Part shown: piece by piece, positions 9,881 through 18,143 of the stretch
How positions within the stretch are numbered: the first letter of the stretch is position 1
Layout: each line of letters starts with the position of its first letter
Assembly: GCA_016839365.1 (NCBI GenBank)
Contig: JAEOUH010000007.1
Coordinates: 1 to 32,335 of the forward strand
DNA: 32,335 bases
Origin: Candidatus Hermodarchaeota archaeon
GTDB taxonomy: Archaea > Asgardarchaeota > Hermodarchaeia > Hermodarchaeales > Hermodarchaeaceae
Direction of reading: 5' to 3'
Translations under genes and position numbers: made by a program
The notes under the pieces: model-generated
What the model saw: only the letters and a program-made list of their open reading frames with translations
What the model was told of the DNA's origin: nothing
Databases searched by the model: none

Positions 9881-11041
9881 CCTGCTAAATTATTACTAGC
9901 ATTCAGGTCACGATCTATTGTAAGTCCACATTGGTCACATCTATAAACCCGTGTAGATAACCGCAGATTGGTCTTAACGTAACCACACTGTGAACACCTC
10001 TTCGATGAGGGGAAAAATCGTGGTGCTATTATCAGACTCGATCCATACCAAGCTGTTTTATATTCGAGCTGGCGCCGAAATTCATAAAAACTCGCATCTG
10101 CCACCGCATTTGCTACTTTATGGTTCTGCAATAAACCTCTCACATTTAGATTTTCAAGAACCACTACTGACTTGGTTTTCGCCAGCAGGGTCGTCGCTTT
10201 GTGAATAGCATCTTTACGAATGTTCGCAACCCGCGCATGGAGCTGCTGTAGCTTGCGTATTAACTTAGAACGATTCTTGCTCATTCCCTGTTTTCGTGAC
10301 ACGGACCTATTCAGCCTTTTGAGCTTCCGTGCGAAGGCTTGTAGTGCTCGGGGATTCTCTACGACGGTGCCATCAGACACTGTAGCCAAATGATGAATTC
10401 CAACGTCTACCCCTATAATTGGACCTGAATTTTCCACATCATTAATCCTTTCTTTTACCTGAAGCGACACAAACCAGCGACCAGCCTTTTCTGAAATGGT
10501 GGCCGAGAGGATATGAATGCGATCTGACTCGGAAGGCAGATAACTGCGTTCCTTCAAACGGAGCTGTCCAAGGCGTGGTAATTGAATGGAATTCTTGAAC
10601 ACGCGGATGACTCCTGTCAAACGGAAGGATCCAAGACCTTCCTTCCGGGACTTGAATTTCGGAAATCCCGGGGGCCCTCCATTTTTAACTCGACGAAAGA
10701 AGTGGTGAAACGCTCGGTCTAAATTGCGGAGTGCTTCTTGGGGTGCGCATTTGGATACCTCATACATCCAAGGAAAATGAGTCTGTTTAAGCTGGTTGAG
10801 TTTGCGGTGTAAGGCTATAGCATTGGGTGATTTCCCAGTCTGTTGGTAATCATTTATTTTTCGCTGTAGACCCCAGTTGTAAGCAAACCGGGCACAACCG
10901 GCATGCTTTCGGCAGAGGGTCTTCTGCCGATTATTCAGCTTGAGTTCGGTTTTATAACCACGCTGAATAATCATAGTTTCATCCCTCCTGTTTCCTAGTC
11001 TTTGCCTTCATTCGATGTTTCATATTGTGAGTATAAAAGGA
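9743..11041 (-). mobile_element. Non-autonomous (tnpB-only) IS607-like element; left boundary uncertain
   Basis: No tnpA fits in the 144 bp upstream of tnpB. The minus strand just after the ORF reads GATGCAGGAACCG...GGGTAAGTTTCGGACAACGG, ending in GG at 9743, which matches my recollection of IS607-type right ends. The left end is guessed at one of several upstream GG sites. Confidence 0.65.
9757..10974 (-). CDS. tnpB: RNA-guided endonuclease TnpB (IS200/IS605/IS607 OrfB)
   Basis: N-terminal GYKTELKLNNRQ...AGCARFAYNWGL; PGFPKFKS; RuvC-I GVDVG, RuvC-II VLENL, RuvC-III DRDLNA; Zn finger CSQC...CDQC. GGAGGG RBS. Confidence 0.97.
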   Translation of the reverse strand: MIIQRGYKTELKLNNRQKTLCRKHAGCARFAYNWGLQRKINDYQQTGKSPNAIALHRKLNQLKQTHFPWMYEVSKCAPQEALRNLDRAFHHFFRRVKNGGPPGFPKFKSRKEGLGSFRLTGVIRVFKNSIQLPRLGQLRLKERSYLPSESDRIHILSATISEKAGRWFVSLQVKERINDVENSGPIIGVDVGIHHLATVSDGTVVENPRALQAFARKLKRLNRSVSRKQGMSKNRSKLIRKLQQLHARVANIRKDAIHKATTLLAKTKSVVVLENLNVRGLLQNHKVANAVADASFYEFRRQLEYKTAWYGSSLIIAPRFFPSSKRCSQCGYVKTNLRLSTRVYRCDQCGLTIDRDLNASNNLAGVAASWAETLNACHEVGGYRSSGPMPIDDAGTERHSGVLDG

Positions 11042-11118
11042 CCAAGAAAAATTACCTGTTAATACCCTGACCTTTATAGAAGAAATATGGGGATTCATTA
11101 ACAGCGAGGTGTACTTCA

Positions 11119-12012
11119 ATGCGTTTTGGGATAACAGCTTTGGATTGGTCGACGGTGTTGAGCCAGCTCTCGTCGGATGGATTCTTCGATTTAAACAAGT
11201 TCGACTTTGCTGAGATAGCCCGAATAAACTACGAGCAGGGATTTTCTCTCTTGGAACTCACTCTTGATATCGGTTATGTGATTCCCGGAGCGTTATCCGA
11301 ACAACAGGTTTCAAAATTACAAGCTTTGAAAGAGGAACTAGATTTGACTTACACAGTCCATCTGCCCTTGTGGTCGATTGAACCCTCTAGTCCCAATCCC
11401 TTTATCCGTGAGGCCTCAGTCGCATGTCATATTGATGCCGTTCGCTTAATTGAACCATTGGAACCTGAAGTTTATGTAGTTCACAACGCGGGGTGGATTG
11501 GAGCCGAATTCGGGGAATTCGACATTGGCGGAAAGGATCAACCAATCATACCGATGATATTAGGGGATATAGCTGAACAGAGTATTCGTGAACTCATTCA
11601 ACAAACAAATGTGCCATCACGGAAATTTGCCTTAGAATCAATCGAATTTCCATTTGAAGTAACATGGAAGATTGCAGAAAGGTTGGACACATCGATTTGT
11701 CTTGATACTGGCCATATACTCTCTGGACAGTCAGGAGCAACTGATGTCGTCGATTTCGTCAACCGATACCATAACCGGTTATTGGAAATCCATCTGCATG
11801 ATGGAGATCTAAGGAAAATGGCTGGAAGAAAATTTCCGTATTATGATCATCGAGTTTTAGGCGAAGGTGATTTACCCACAGTCGAGTTTCTCACTGCCCT
11901 TGAGGACCGAGGATTTCTTGGGCCGATAATCTTCGAATTGAACCGTAAAGATGCCCTGAAATCCTTGGAAGTTATCCGAAAACTTTTACCTAATCTGGCG
12001 ATTGAGTGTTAG
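11119..12012 (+). CDS. Xylose-isomerase/AP-endonuclease-2-like TIM barrel metalloenzyme (possibly CbiR-like phosphodiesterase)
   Basis: Metal-ligand motifs YTVHLP, VVH, ALES, CLDTGH, EIHLHD, DH..LGEG and IIFE. GAGGTG RBS. Confidence 0.8.
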   Translation: MRFGITALDWSTVLSQLSSDGFFDLNKFDFAEIARINYEQGFSLLELTLDIGYVIPGALSEQQVSKLQALKEELDLTYTVHLPLWSIEPSSPNPFIREASVACHIDAVRLIEPLEPEVYVVHNAGWIGAEFGEFDIGGKDQPIIPMILGDIAEQSIRELIQQTNVPSRKFALESIEFPFEVTWKIAERLDTSICLDTGHILSGQSGATDVVDFVNRYHNRLLEIHLHDGDLRKMAGRKFPYYDHRVLGEGDLPTVEFLTALEDRGFLGPIIFELNRKDALKSLEVIRKLLPNLAIEC

Positions 12013-12035
12013 TAGGTTGTGGGGGAAACCCGTCG

Positions 12036-12935
12036 GTGAAACGCTTCGTTGATTTACATACACATACAACAGCTTCTGATGGAACTGAGTCGCCGACACA
12101 AGTGGTCAGCAAAGCCCATGCTGTTGGATTAGTGGGGGTCGCAATTACAGATCATGATACGATTCACGGCGTCGAGGAAGGATTACGCGCAGGCACAAAT
12201 CTGGGAATTGAAGTCGTCCCCGGAGTAGAAATCAGCTGCAATTGGCACACTCACCACGTCCATTTACTTGGTCTTTACCTTGACAATCAAAACCAAGAGT
12301 TACTTAGCTTGCTTGAATGGATGCGACTTGGACGTGAACAACGCTTACCCAAAATGATTGCTAAACTCCGAGAGTTGGGCATCGATGTTGATCAGAGGGA
12401 AGTAGAAAGAGAGGCGAGGGGTGAATCCTTTGGGCGCCCTCACCTTGCGAGGGTTCTACTCCGTCACAACTATGTGACCTCCATCGAGGAAGCGTTTGAC
12501 AAATACCTTGGATATGGTCGTCCTGCATATGTGGAGCGCCCACGACCCACTATTGATCAAGGCATTCAAATTATACTCAATGCCAAAGGGGTTCCCGTAG
12601 TTGCTCATCCTCTCACTGTTGACGTGGGACCAAAGGACTTAATCACTGATTTAGTGGGTTTACGCGTCCAAGGCATCGAGTACTACTACCCATACGAGCA
12701 AGTTGCCGGGAAACCTGAGACGTGGTATTCCAACATTGAACCCAATTGTGCAGACCTCATGCAACTGGCCAAACAGAATAATCTGATCATCACGGGTGGT
12801 TCAGATTACCATGGCCGAGCCCCGAACAAAGCGGATTTGGGTTCACTTCCGGTCCCCGTTGAAACACTGGAAATGCTTCGACGCCGGTACAAAGAGCTGT
12901 TTGGTTTCCTACCGACATCGCGTGGACCGGCTTAG
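12036..12935 (+). CDS. PHP-domain phosphoesterase (TrpH/YciV-like)
   Basis: DLHTHTTASDG, AITDHD, GVEIS, VHLLG, GRPHLA, AHP and TGGSDYHG. GTG 12036 is a more likely start than 12006. Confidence 0.92.
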   Translation: MKRFVDLHTHTTASDGTESPTQVVSKAHAVGLVGVAITDHDTIHGVEEGLRAGTNLGIEVVPGVEISCNWHTHHVHLLGLYLDNQNQELLSLLEWMRLGREQRLPKMIAKLRELGIDVDQREVEREARGESFGRPHLARVLLRHNYVTSIEEAFDKYLGYGRPAYVERPRPTIDQGIQIILNAKGVPVVAHPLTVDVGPKDLITDLVGLRVQGIEYYYPYEQVAGKPETWYSNIEPNCADLMQLAKQNNLIITGGSDYHGRAPNKADLGSLPVPVETLEMLRRRYKELFGFLPTSRGPA

Positions 12936-12947
12936 AGGATGGCAAGG

Positions 12948-12955
12948 TTTAAAAA
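12948..12955 (+). promoter_or_regulatory. Candidate TATA box for the structured leader and beta-CASP gene
   Basis: TTTAAAAA just after the PHP stop and ~45 nt before the first strong hairpin. Confidence 0.45.
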
Positions 12956-12977
12956 CCCCTGTTGATTTGACAAATCC

Positions 12978-13200
12978 AGACAAGAGATACGTGTTCCACG
13001 TCGTGTCTCGATTATTTGATTTACATGATTGGAATCGAGACGTAACGACGGTAATTCACCTGCACGAAGACTTGGTGAGAACTGTGTCTTCAGATGAGGT
13101 AGCGTGAAAGAAACACCTAGCTTACCCGGTTCACCTGAATCAGTAGAGCTCGATTCAGAGTTGTGGGTTTACTTGTCACACTTACCCAACCAGAGGGAAT
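12978..13200 (+). ncRNA. Putative structured 5' leader or ncRNA of unknown class
   Basis: 15-bp stem (12999-13013/13033-13050, 3-nt bulge); GAAGAC/GTCTTC (13066-71/13086-91) inside TTCAC/GTGAA; CTGAATC/GATTCAG (13135-41/13152-58). Confidence 0.45.
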
Positions 13201-13208
13201 GAAAGATC

Positions 13209-14522
13209 ATGACCAAAGTAACCTTCCTTGGCGGATGCCGCCAAGTTGGAGCATCAGCGGTTCTCGTTGAACAAGCAGGTGCCCGTGTTGTTATGGATTA
13301 TGGCACCGCCTTCAATGGAGTCCAACGTGTACCCCTACCTGTCTCCACACGTAACCTCACTAGCGTCTTGACGCATGCGCATTTAGACCATAGTGGGAGT
13401 CTGCCGCTAATTACAGGGAGTCAAACTAATCAAGTTCCCATGTATTCAACGGCGTTAACAAAAGAGCTAGTAAGACTACTTCTCATGGATATGCTTCGGA
13501 TCGGAGGAGACTCTTTGGCCTTCGAACAGCCAGAAATCCAAGCCCTTCTCCAAAACACACAGATTTTAGGCTATTGTAAACCAGTTCAAATTCACCCGAA
13601 AGTCCAAGTCACACTCCACGATGCGGGACATATTCCTGGCAGTGCCACAATCCTTGTTGAAACCGAAGCTAATGGCGGTGGCGATGCCCGCATCCTGTAC
13701 ACAGGTGACCTGAACACAACCGATACCCGTTTAGTCAAAGGAGCTCCAAATCTACGGGGTTTAGGCGAGCTCGATGCGATTATCATTGAAAGCACTTATG
13801 CTCGAGAAAATCATCCATCACGTCGTAGTGTTGAGAGGGAGTTTACTGACACCGCGCGTTCAACATTAGAATCGGGAGGCACAGTATTAGTGCCATCCTT
13901 TGCCGTTGGACGGGCTCAGGAAATTCTGACAGTCCTTAACGAGCATCGGCATCGAGGGTTAGACTATCCTATCTTCATCGATGGGATGGCCAAAAAAGTC
14001 ACAAGGATCATGCAACAACACGCCAAGTCCTTTACAGGCGGTATAAAAGTTAGCAAAGCGGCCCAACGAGCTTCCTTTATCCGCAACCAAGCCGATCGAA
14101 AAGCAGTGCTTGATGAGCCAGCAATTATCATCGCCCCCGCTGGAATGCTCAAGGGTGGAACCGCACAGATATATTTGAAAGGTATCGCTAGCAAGTCCCA
14201 AAGCAGTGTTTTGCTTGTTGGAAAACAGCTTCCAGGGACACCTGGCTTAGAATTGGTCGAAACAGGTAAAATAACATTACGTCACAAATATGCCGAACCC
14301 AAAGTTCTCAAGGTGAAAGCCCAGGTGAAATCCTTTGATTTCTCCTGTCACGTTGGGCGCCGAGAAGTATTAAACTACCTCAAAGGGGCACAGGGGAATC
14401 CTAAGATCTTCACGGTGCATGGAGAACCCGCATCCTGTGAAAACCTCGCTCAGACACTCCAAAGGCATTTTGGTTTCGATGCACAAGCGGCGACCTGTGG
14501 GGAATCGATTCTATTCAACTAG
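13209..14522 (+). CDS. MBL/beta-CASP ribonuclease without KH domains (aCPSF2-like)
   Basis: Motifs DYG, THAHLDHSG, AGHIPGS, YTGD, ESTY, PSFAVGRAQE, FSCH and VHGE. No N-terminal KH domains, so not aCPSF1. Confidence 0.9.
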   Translation: MTKVTFLGGCRQVGASAVLVEQAGARVVMDYGTAFNGVQRVPLPVSTRNLTSVLTHAHLDHSGSLPLITGSQTNQVPMYSTALTKELVRLLLMDMLRIGGDSLAFEQPEIQALLQNTQILGYCKPVQIHPKVQVTLHDAGHIPGSATILVETEANGGGDARILYTGDLNTTDTRLVKGAPNLRGLGELDAIIIESTYARENHPSRRSVEREFTDTARSTLESGGTVLVPSFAVGRAQEILTVLNEHRHRGLDYPIFIDGMAKKVTRIMQQHAKSFTGGIKVSKAAQRASFIRNQADRKAVLDEPAIIIAPAGMLKGGTAQIYLKGIASKSQSSVLLVGKQLPGTPGLELVETGKITLRHKYAEPKVLKVKAQVKSFDFSCHVGRREVLNYLKGAQGNPKIFTVHGEPASCENLAQTLQRHFGFDAQAATCGESILFN

Positions 14523-14543
14523 TAAACTTTGAATCGCTAGCTG

Positions 14544-16199
14544 TTAAGCGTCACGGAGCTCTCGACGAAGAATCTTTCCAACTGCAGATTTCGGTAGATC
14601 TTCTCGAAATTCGATGATGCGTGGGTATTTGTAGGCGGCCATTTCTTGTTTAGCCCAGTCTCGAATTTCGTCTTCACTGATTGATCCTTTGAATTCAGGT
14701 TTTAGAGAGATAAATGCCTTGACTTCCTCTCCTACACGTGGTTCGGGAATGCCAACAACGGCACATTCAGCAACTGCGGGGTGCCGATACAGTAGGGCCT
14801 CAACTTCAGCGGGAAATACCGAGTACCCACTGCGTTTTATAAGGTCTTTTTTCCGGTCGCCAATATACAGATAACCTTCATCGTCAAATCGTCCCACATC
14901 ACCGGTATGGAGCCATCCTCCTCGAAGCGTCGCTGCAGTAGCTTCGGGGGCGTTCCAATAGCCTTGGAAGATTTGTGGTCCCTTCGCTAGTATTTCTCCC
15001 CATTCTCCTATTGGGAGTTCTTTAGTGTCGTCAGTTTGGTCAACGATTTTGATGTCAGTATTGAAGGTGGGAATTCCAACTGCTCCTGGACGCAGAACCC
15101 CTTGAGGGATGAGAGTGAGAATGGGTGAAGTTTCAGTCATTCCATAACCTTCAACAATGTAGCTTCCGGTCTCGTTTTGGAATTGCTCCAACACCTCAAC
15201 GGGTAATGAGGCGGCGCCTGAGAAACAGTTTTCGAGACTACTGATATCATATTTCTTTAGCAGAGGACTAGCTAGCAACGATACATACAGAGTTGGGACA
15301 CCCACTAACACAGTTGCTTGGTACTGTTGGATACTTTTCAGAATCTCTTTAACATCTGGGCGGGGAATGAGCACAACGGAGGCTGCGATGAGAGCAGAGA
15401 GCACGATGATGCACGAAAATCCAAAGGCATGAAAGGCCGGTAATACTCCGATGAAACATTCTTCACCTTCCCGCACAGTAAACCATTGACTTCCAACTTT
15501 TGCATTGAACATGAAGTTTCGATGGCTAAGCATCGCGCCCTTTGGGGGTCCCGTGGTTCCCCCCGTATATAACAAAGCAGCAGTGTCATTTTTGGTGACA
15601 GCAACCGATGGAGCACGAATGGAGTGGCCTTGTATCAGATCTTGAAAGAGACGAATATCATTGCCTGAGGGTAACTTGGGATAGGGAATCTTGCGAGCTA
15701 GCCGTCCTAGAATTGCTTTTGTCTTACTCAGGTATTCTCCAGTTCGCGTATAGATCACTGACTGAAGAGATGTATCTTGTTTCCCCGCCTCGATAACCTC
15801 ATGAAAGAGATCCAAGCCAACGAGATGTTTAACCTCAGCCGAGTTGAGTTGGTAATGTAATTCATGTTGCTTGAAAAGAGGATTAATGGGGGTGACAATG
15901 GCACCTGCTTTGAGTATTCCAAAAAGTGTCAATGGGGCTTGGGGAATGTTTGGGAGCATGAAAGCTACACAGTCTCCTTTTTTCACACCCAAATCGATGA
16001 GCGCATTTGCGAGCCGGTTGGAAATTTGATCAATTTCCCGAAAAGTAAGGGTCTTACCCTGGAAATGATAGGCAGGATGATTTGGGTACTGCCTTGCGGT
16101 AAAGCTCAAAGTTTCATGAATGGTTGTGTCAGGTACCTCTATGTCAAAAGGGAAGCCTTCTGGCCAGCTTCTATGCCAAAATCGGTTTATATTTCTCAC
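14544..16199 (-). CDS. fadD: Long-chain-fatty-acid--CoA ligase
   Basis: AMP-binding motifs YTGGTTGPPKG, EGYGMTETSP, WLHTGD, DRKKDLIK and LPKSAVGKILRR. GTG start. Confidence 0.93.
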   Translation of the reverse strand: MRNINRFWHRSWPEGFPFDIEVPDTTIHETLSFTARQYPNHPAYHFQGKTLTFREIDQISNRLANALIDLGVKKGDCVAFMLPNIPQAPLTLFGILKAGAIVTPINPLFKQHELHYQLNSAEVKHLVGLDLFHEVIEAGKQDTSLQSVIYTRTGEYLSKTKAILGRLARKIPYPKLPSGNDIRLFQDLIQGHSIRAPSVAVTKNDTAALLYTGGTTGPPKGAMLSHRNFMFNAKVGSQWFTVREGEECFIGVLPAFHAFGFSCIIVLSALIAASVVLIPRPDVKEILKSIQQYQATVLVGVPTLYVSLLASPLLKKYDISSLENCFSGAASLPVEVLEQFQNETGSYIVEGYGMTETSPILTLIPQGVLRPGAVGIPTFNTDIKIVDQTDDTKELPIGEWGEILAKGPQIFQGYWNAPEATAATLRGGWLHTGDVGRFDDEGYLYIGDRKKDLIKRSGYSVFPAEVEALLYRHPAVAECAVVGIPEPRVGEEVKAFISLKPEFKGSISEDEIRDWAKQEMAAYKYPRIIEFREDLPKSAVGKILRRELRDA

Positions 16200-16309
16200 A
16201 TCCTATAAGAAACCAAATCTGTTTATTCTTTGAGTCACATTGACTTTAAATGCTGATGAATCCGTCTTTTGGACTCCAGCACTGCTTTTCTTGAATCGAT
16301 TAGTACTTG

Positions 16310-16349
16310 TAGAATGAAGAAAAGAGCGGGGGAGGACTTGGTATCCTCC
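16310..16349 (-). terminator. Hairpin plus pyrimidine tract after the 16367 gene
   Basis: Minus strand GGAGGA-taccaag-TCCTCC followed by CCCGCTCTTTTCTTCATTCT, 17 nt after the stop codon. Confidence 0.55.
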
Positions 16350-16366
16350 ATTTGACCAGGCAAGTT

Positions 16367-17146
16367 TTATGACAGCGTTGCCGTTACGGAGCCAATATCA
16401 GCATGGGCTGTGATGTCAATCGAATTAAAGGTTGACCCAAAGTCTGAGGTTTCGTATTCGGTTGCACTCACTTCTGACCATGGGCTACTTGGAGTGATAT
16501 CTACGAATCCGATATCAGAGGTGCCTGTGAAGCTGCCACTTGCACCAGAGGGAAGCGCCACATCAATGTTAATCGAACCTGTAGTTGTTGATAGAGTAAG
16601 GGTAATGTTTCCGTTAAGGGTCGCGGTACTTGTAAGGTCGAATTGGACAATGCCTGCTGTGGCTTCGAGGCTGACATCATCCAGATGCGCATATTGGCCT
16701 GCAATCACGTGGATGCTGCCTGCGTTTGTGTCAGTATTGATTGTATAATTGGCACCACTACCAAGGAAGATATCTGCCGCAGCTGCAGCATAGGTAAAGG
16801 TAATCGTGTTCGATGCATAGGACACTGTGGGATCTCCATGTTGATCAACTGTCAACTGATTCGCAGTCACTTCCATCCTGTAAATCAGAGTGGCGTTATC
16901 AACGAAAGTAATATTCACTGCACCGGCTGCAAGATTAATATTTAGCGTGATTAACTCGGGTGGTGTTGGTGCCGCTTCATCGAAGTGATACTCTATCGGT
17001 TGATTTTCGTATTGCCATCGTAGGGCATTTTGCCAGAATAACCAACCACCGATGGCTCCAGCACTGATGATCACAATGGCAACGACGGCAACAATAATGT
17101 AGATTGTCCGGTTGCTCCCAGTTGTCTGAGTCGTTTCATTTGACAT
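16367..17146 (-). CDS. Membrane-anchored beta-strand-repeat protein (DUF4097/adhesin-like)
   Basis: N-terminal TM (IYIIVAVVAIVIISAGAIGGWLFW) followed by repeated (T/A)xxGx(I/V)x(I/V) strands (AAGAVNI, NAGSIHV, TAGIVQF, TTGSINI, DIGFVDI, DIGSVTA). Start ATG 17146 follows a CAGGTG RBS-like site. Confidence 0.7.
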   Translation of the reverse strand: MSNETTQTTGSNRTIYIIVAVVAIVIISAGAIGGWLFWQNALRWQYENQPIEYHFDEAAPTPPELITLNINLAAGAVNITFVDNATLIYRMEVTANQLTVDQHGDPTVSYASNTITFTYAAAAADIFLGSGANYTINTDTNAGSIHVIAGQYAHLDDVSLEATAGIVQFDLTSTATLNGNITLTLSTTTGSINIDVALPSGASGSFTGTSDIGFVDITPSSPWSEVSATEYETSDFGSTFNSIDITAHADIGSVTATLS

Positions 17147-17342
17147 GATAAATTTACACCTGATCGGTGTGTGATTACCGGGGGGCATCGAAAATCGTCA
17201 TTAAAAACATTCGCTATTTCCATATACCCCAGTATTGATGATTGGGTAATTCCTTTTGACATTCGTAACCCTTTTCGTTTTTAAGCCTCCTTTCATTTGT
17301 TAATCCTACCCCCAAAATCATTCTAGCTTTGAGGTTGAACTG

Positions 17343-18131
17343 ATGACGGAAACTGTCCTGTTAAAAAAGGAACCACAACAAAAAATTGCTTGGTTGATTT
17401 TAAATCGTCCCGAAAAACTGAACGCCATCAATGAGGAGCTCGCCCTTCAGCTTCAGCAAACGCTGGCAAAGGTTGAACTTGACAAAGAGATTCGTGTTCT
17501 GATAATAACTGGCGCAGGAGAGAAAGCATTCTCCGTTGGTGCCGACTTGTCCGTTTTCATGAGTGGGGTAACCCCACTTTATGCCCAATATATCGCCTCT
17601 AAGGGTCATGAGCTGCTTGCGATGATAGATCGGTTACCTCAACCAGTCATAGCCGCAGTCAACGGTTATGCGTATGGTGGAGGCTGTGAAATCGCTTTGG
17701 CGTGTGATTTTCGCTTGGCTTCCCAGCGAGCGAAAATTGGACTTACTGAAGTTAATTTAGGGTTACTTCCAGCATGGGGAGGAACCCAACGATTGCCCCG
17801 GATCATCGGATTGACAAAGGCCCGTGAGGCAATCTTGTTTGGAAAACAATTCAATGCTGAAGAAGCGTTGAAAATCGGGTTGGTCGATCGAGTCTACGCG
17901 GATGAATCCTTTGAAAAAGAAGTCAGAACTTTTGCACAAGCCCTCGCAGAACGAGCACCAATTGCAATGCAACTGGCAAAACAATGTCTTCATTATGGCA
18001 CACAGGTTCCGCTTGAAATCGGCTTGGCGTATGAAGCGCAAGCATTTGCGAAAACGTTCACAACAAAAGACATTTTTGAGGGAATGACAGCATTCTTGCA
18101 AAAACGCAAACCTGAATTCAAAGGCGAATAA
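17343..18131 (+). CDS. Enoyl-CoA hydratase/isomerase (crotonase family)
   Basis: LNRPEKLNA, AFSVGADL, GGGCEIALACD and LTEVNLGLLPAWGGTQRL. GAGGT RBS. Confidence 0.95.
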   Translation: MTETVLLKKEPQQKIAWLILNRPEKLNAINEELALQLQQTLAKVELDKEIRVLIITGAGEKAFSVGADLSVFMSGVTPLYAQYIASKGHELLAMIDRLPQPVIAAVNGYAYGGGCEIALACDFRLASQRAKIGLTEVNLGLLPAWGGTQRLPRIIGLTKAREAILFGKQFNAEEALKIGLVDRVYADESFEKEVRTFAQALAERAPIAMQLAKQCLHYGTQVPLEIGLAYEAQAFAKTFTTKDIFEGMTAFLQKRKPEFKGE

Positions 18132-18143
18132 ACATCCGTAAAG

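Noticed and set aside
12796-13107. 103-aa ORF overlapping the PHP gene end
   Set aside because: Out-of-frame overlap with a clear gene, no motifs, and its 3' half is the structured leader.
13174-13189. Minus-strand TGGGTAAGT..GACAA similar to the TnpB right end
   Set aside because: The rest of an omegaRNA would have to lie inside the beta-CASP coding sequence. Treated as chance.
13123-13200. TACCCGGTTCACCTGA...AGGGAA resembles part of the TPP riboswitch
   Set aside because: The essential CUGAGA directly before the ACCC segment and the P5 loop are missing, and the downstream gene is unrelated to thiamine.
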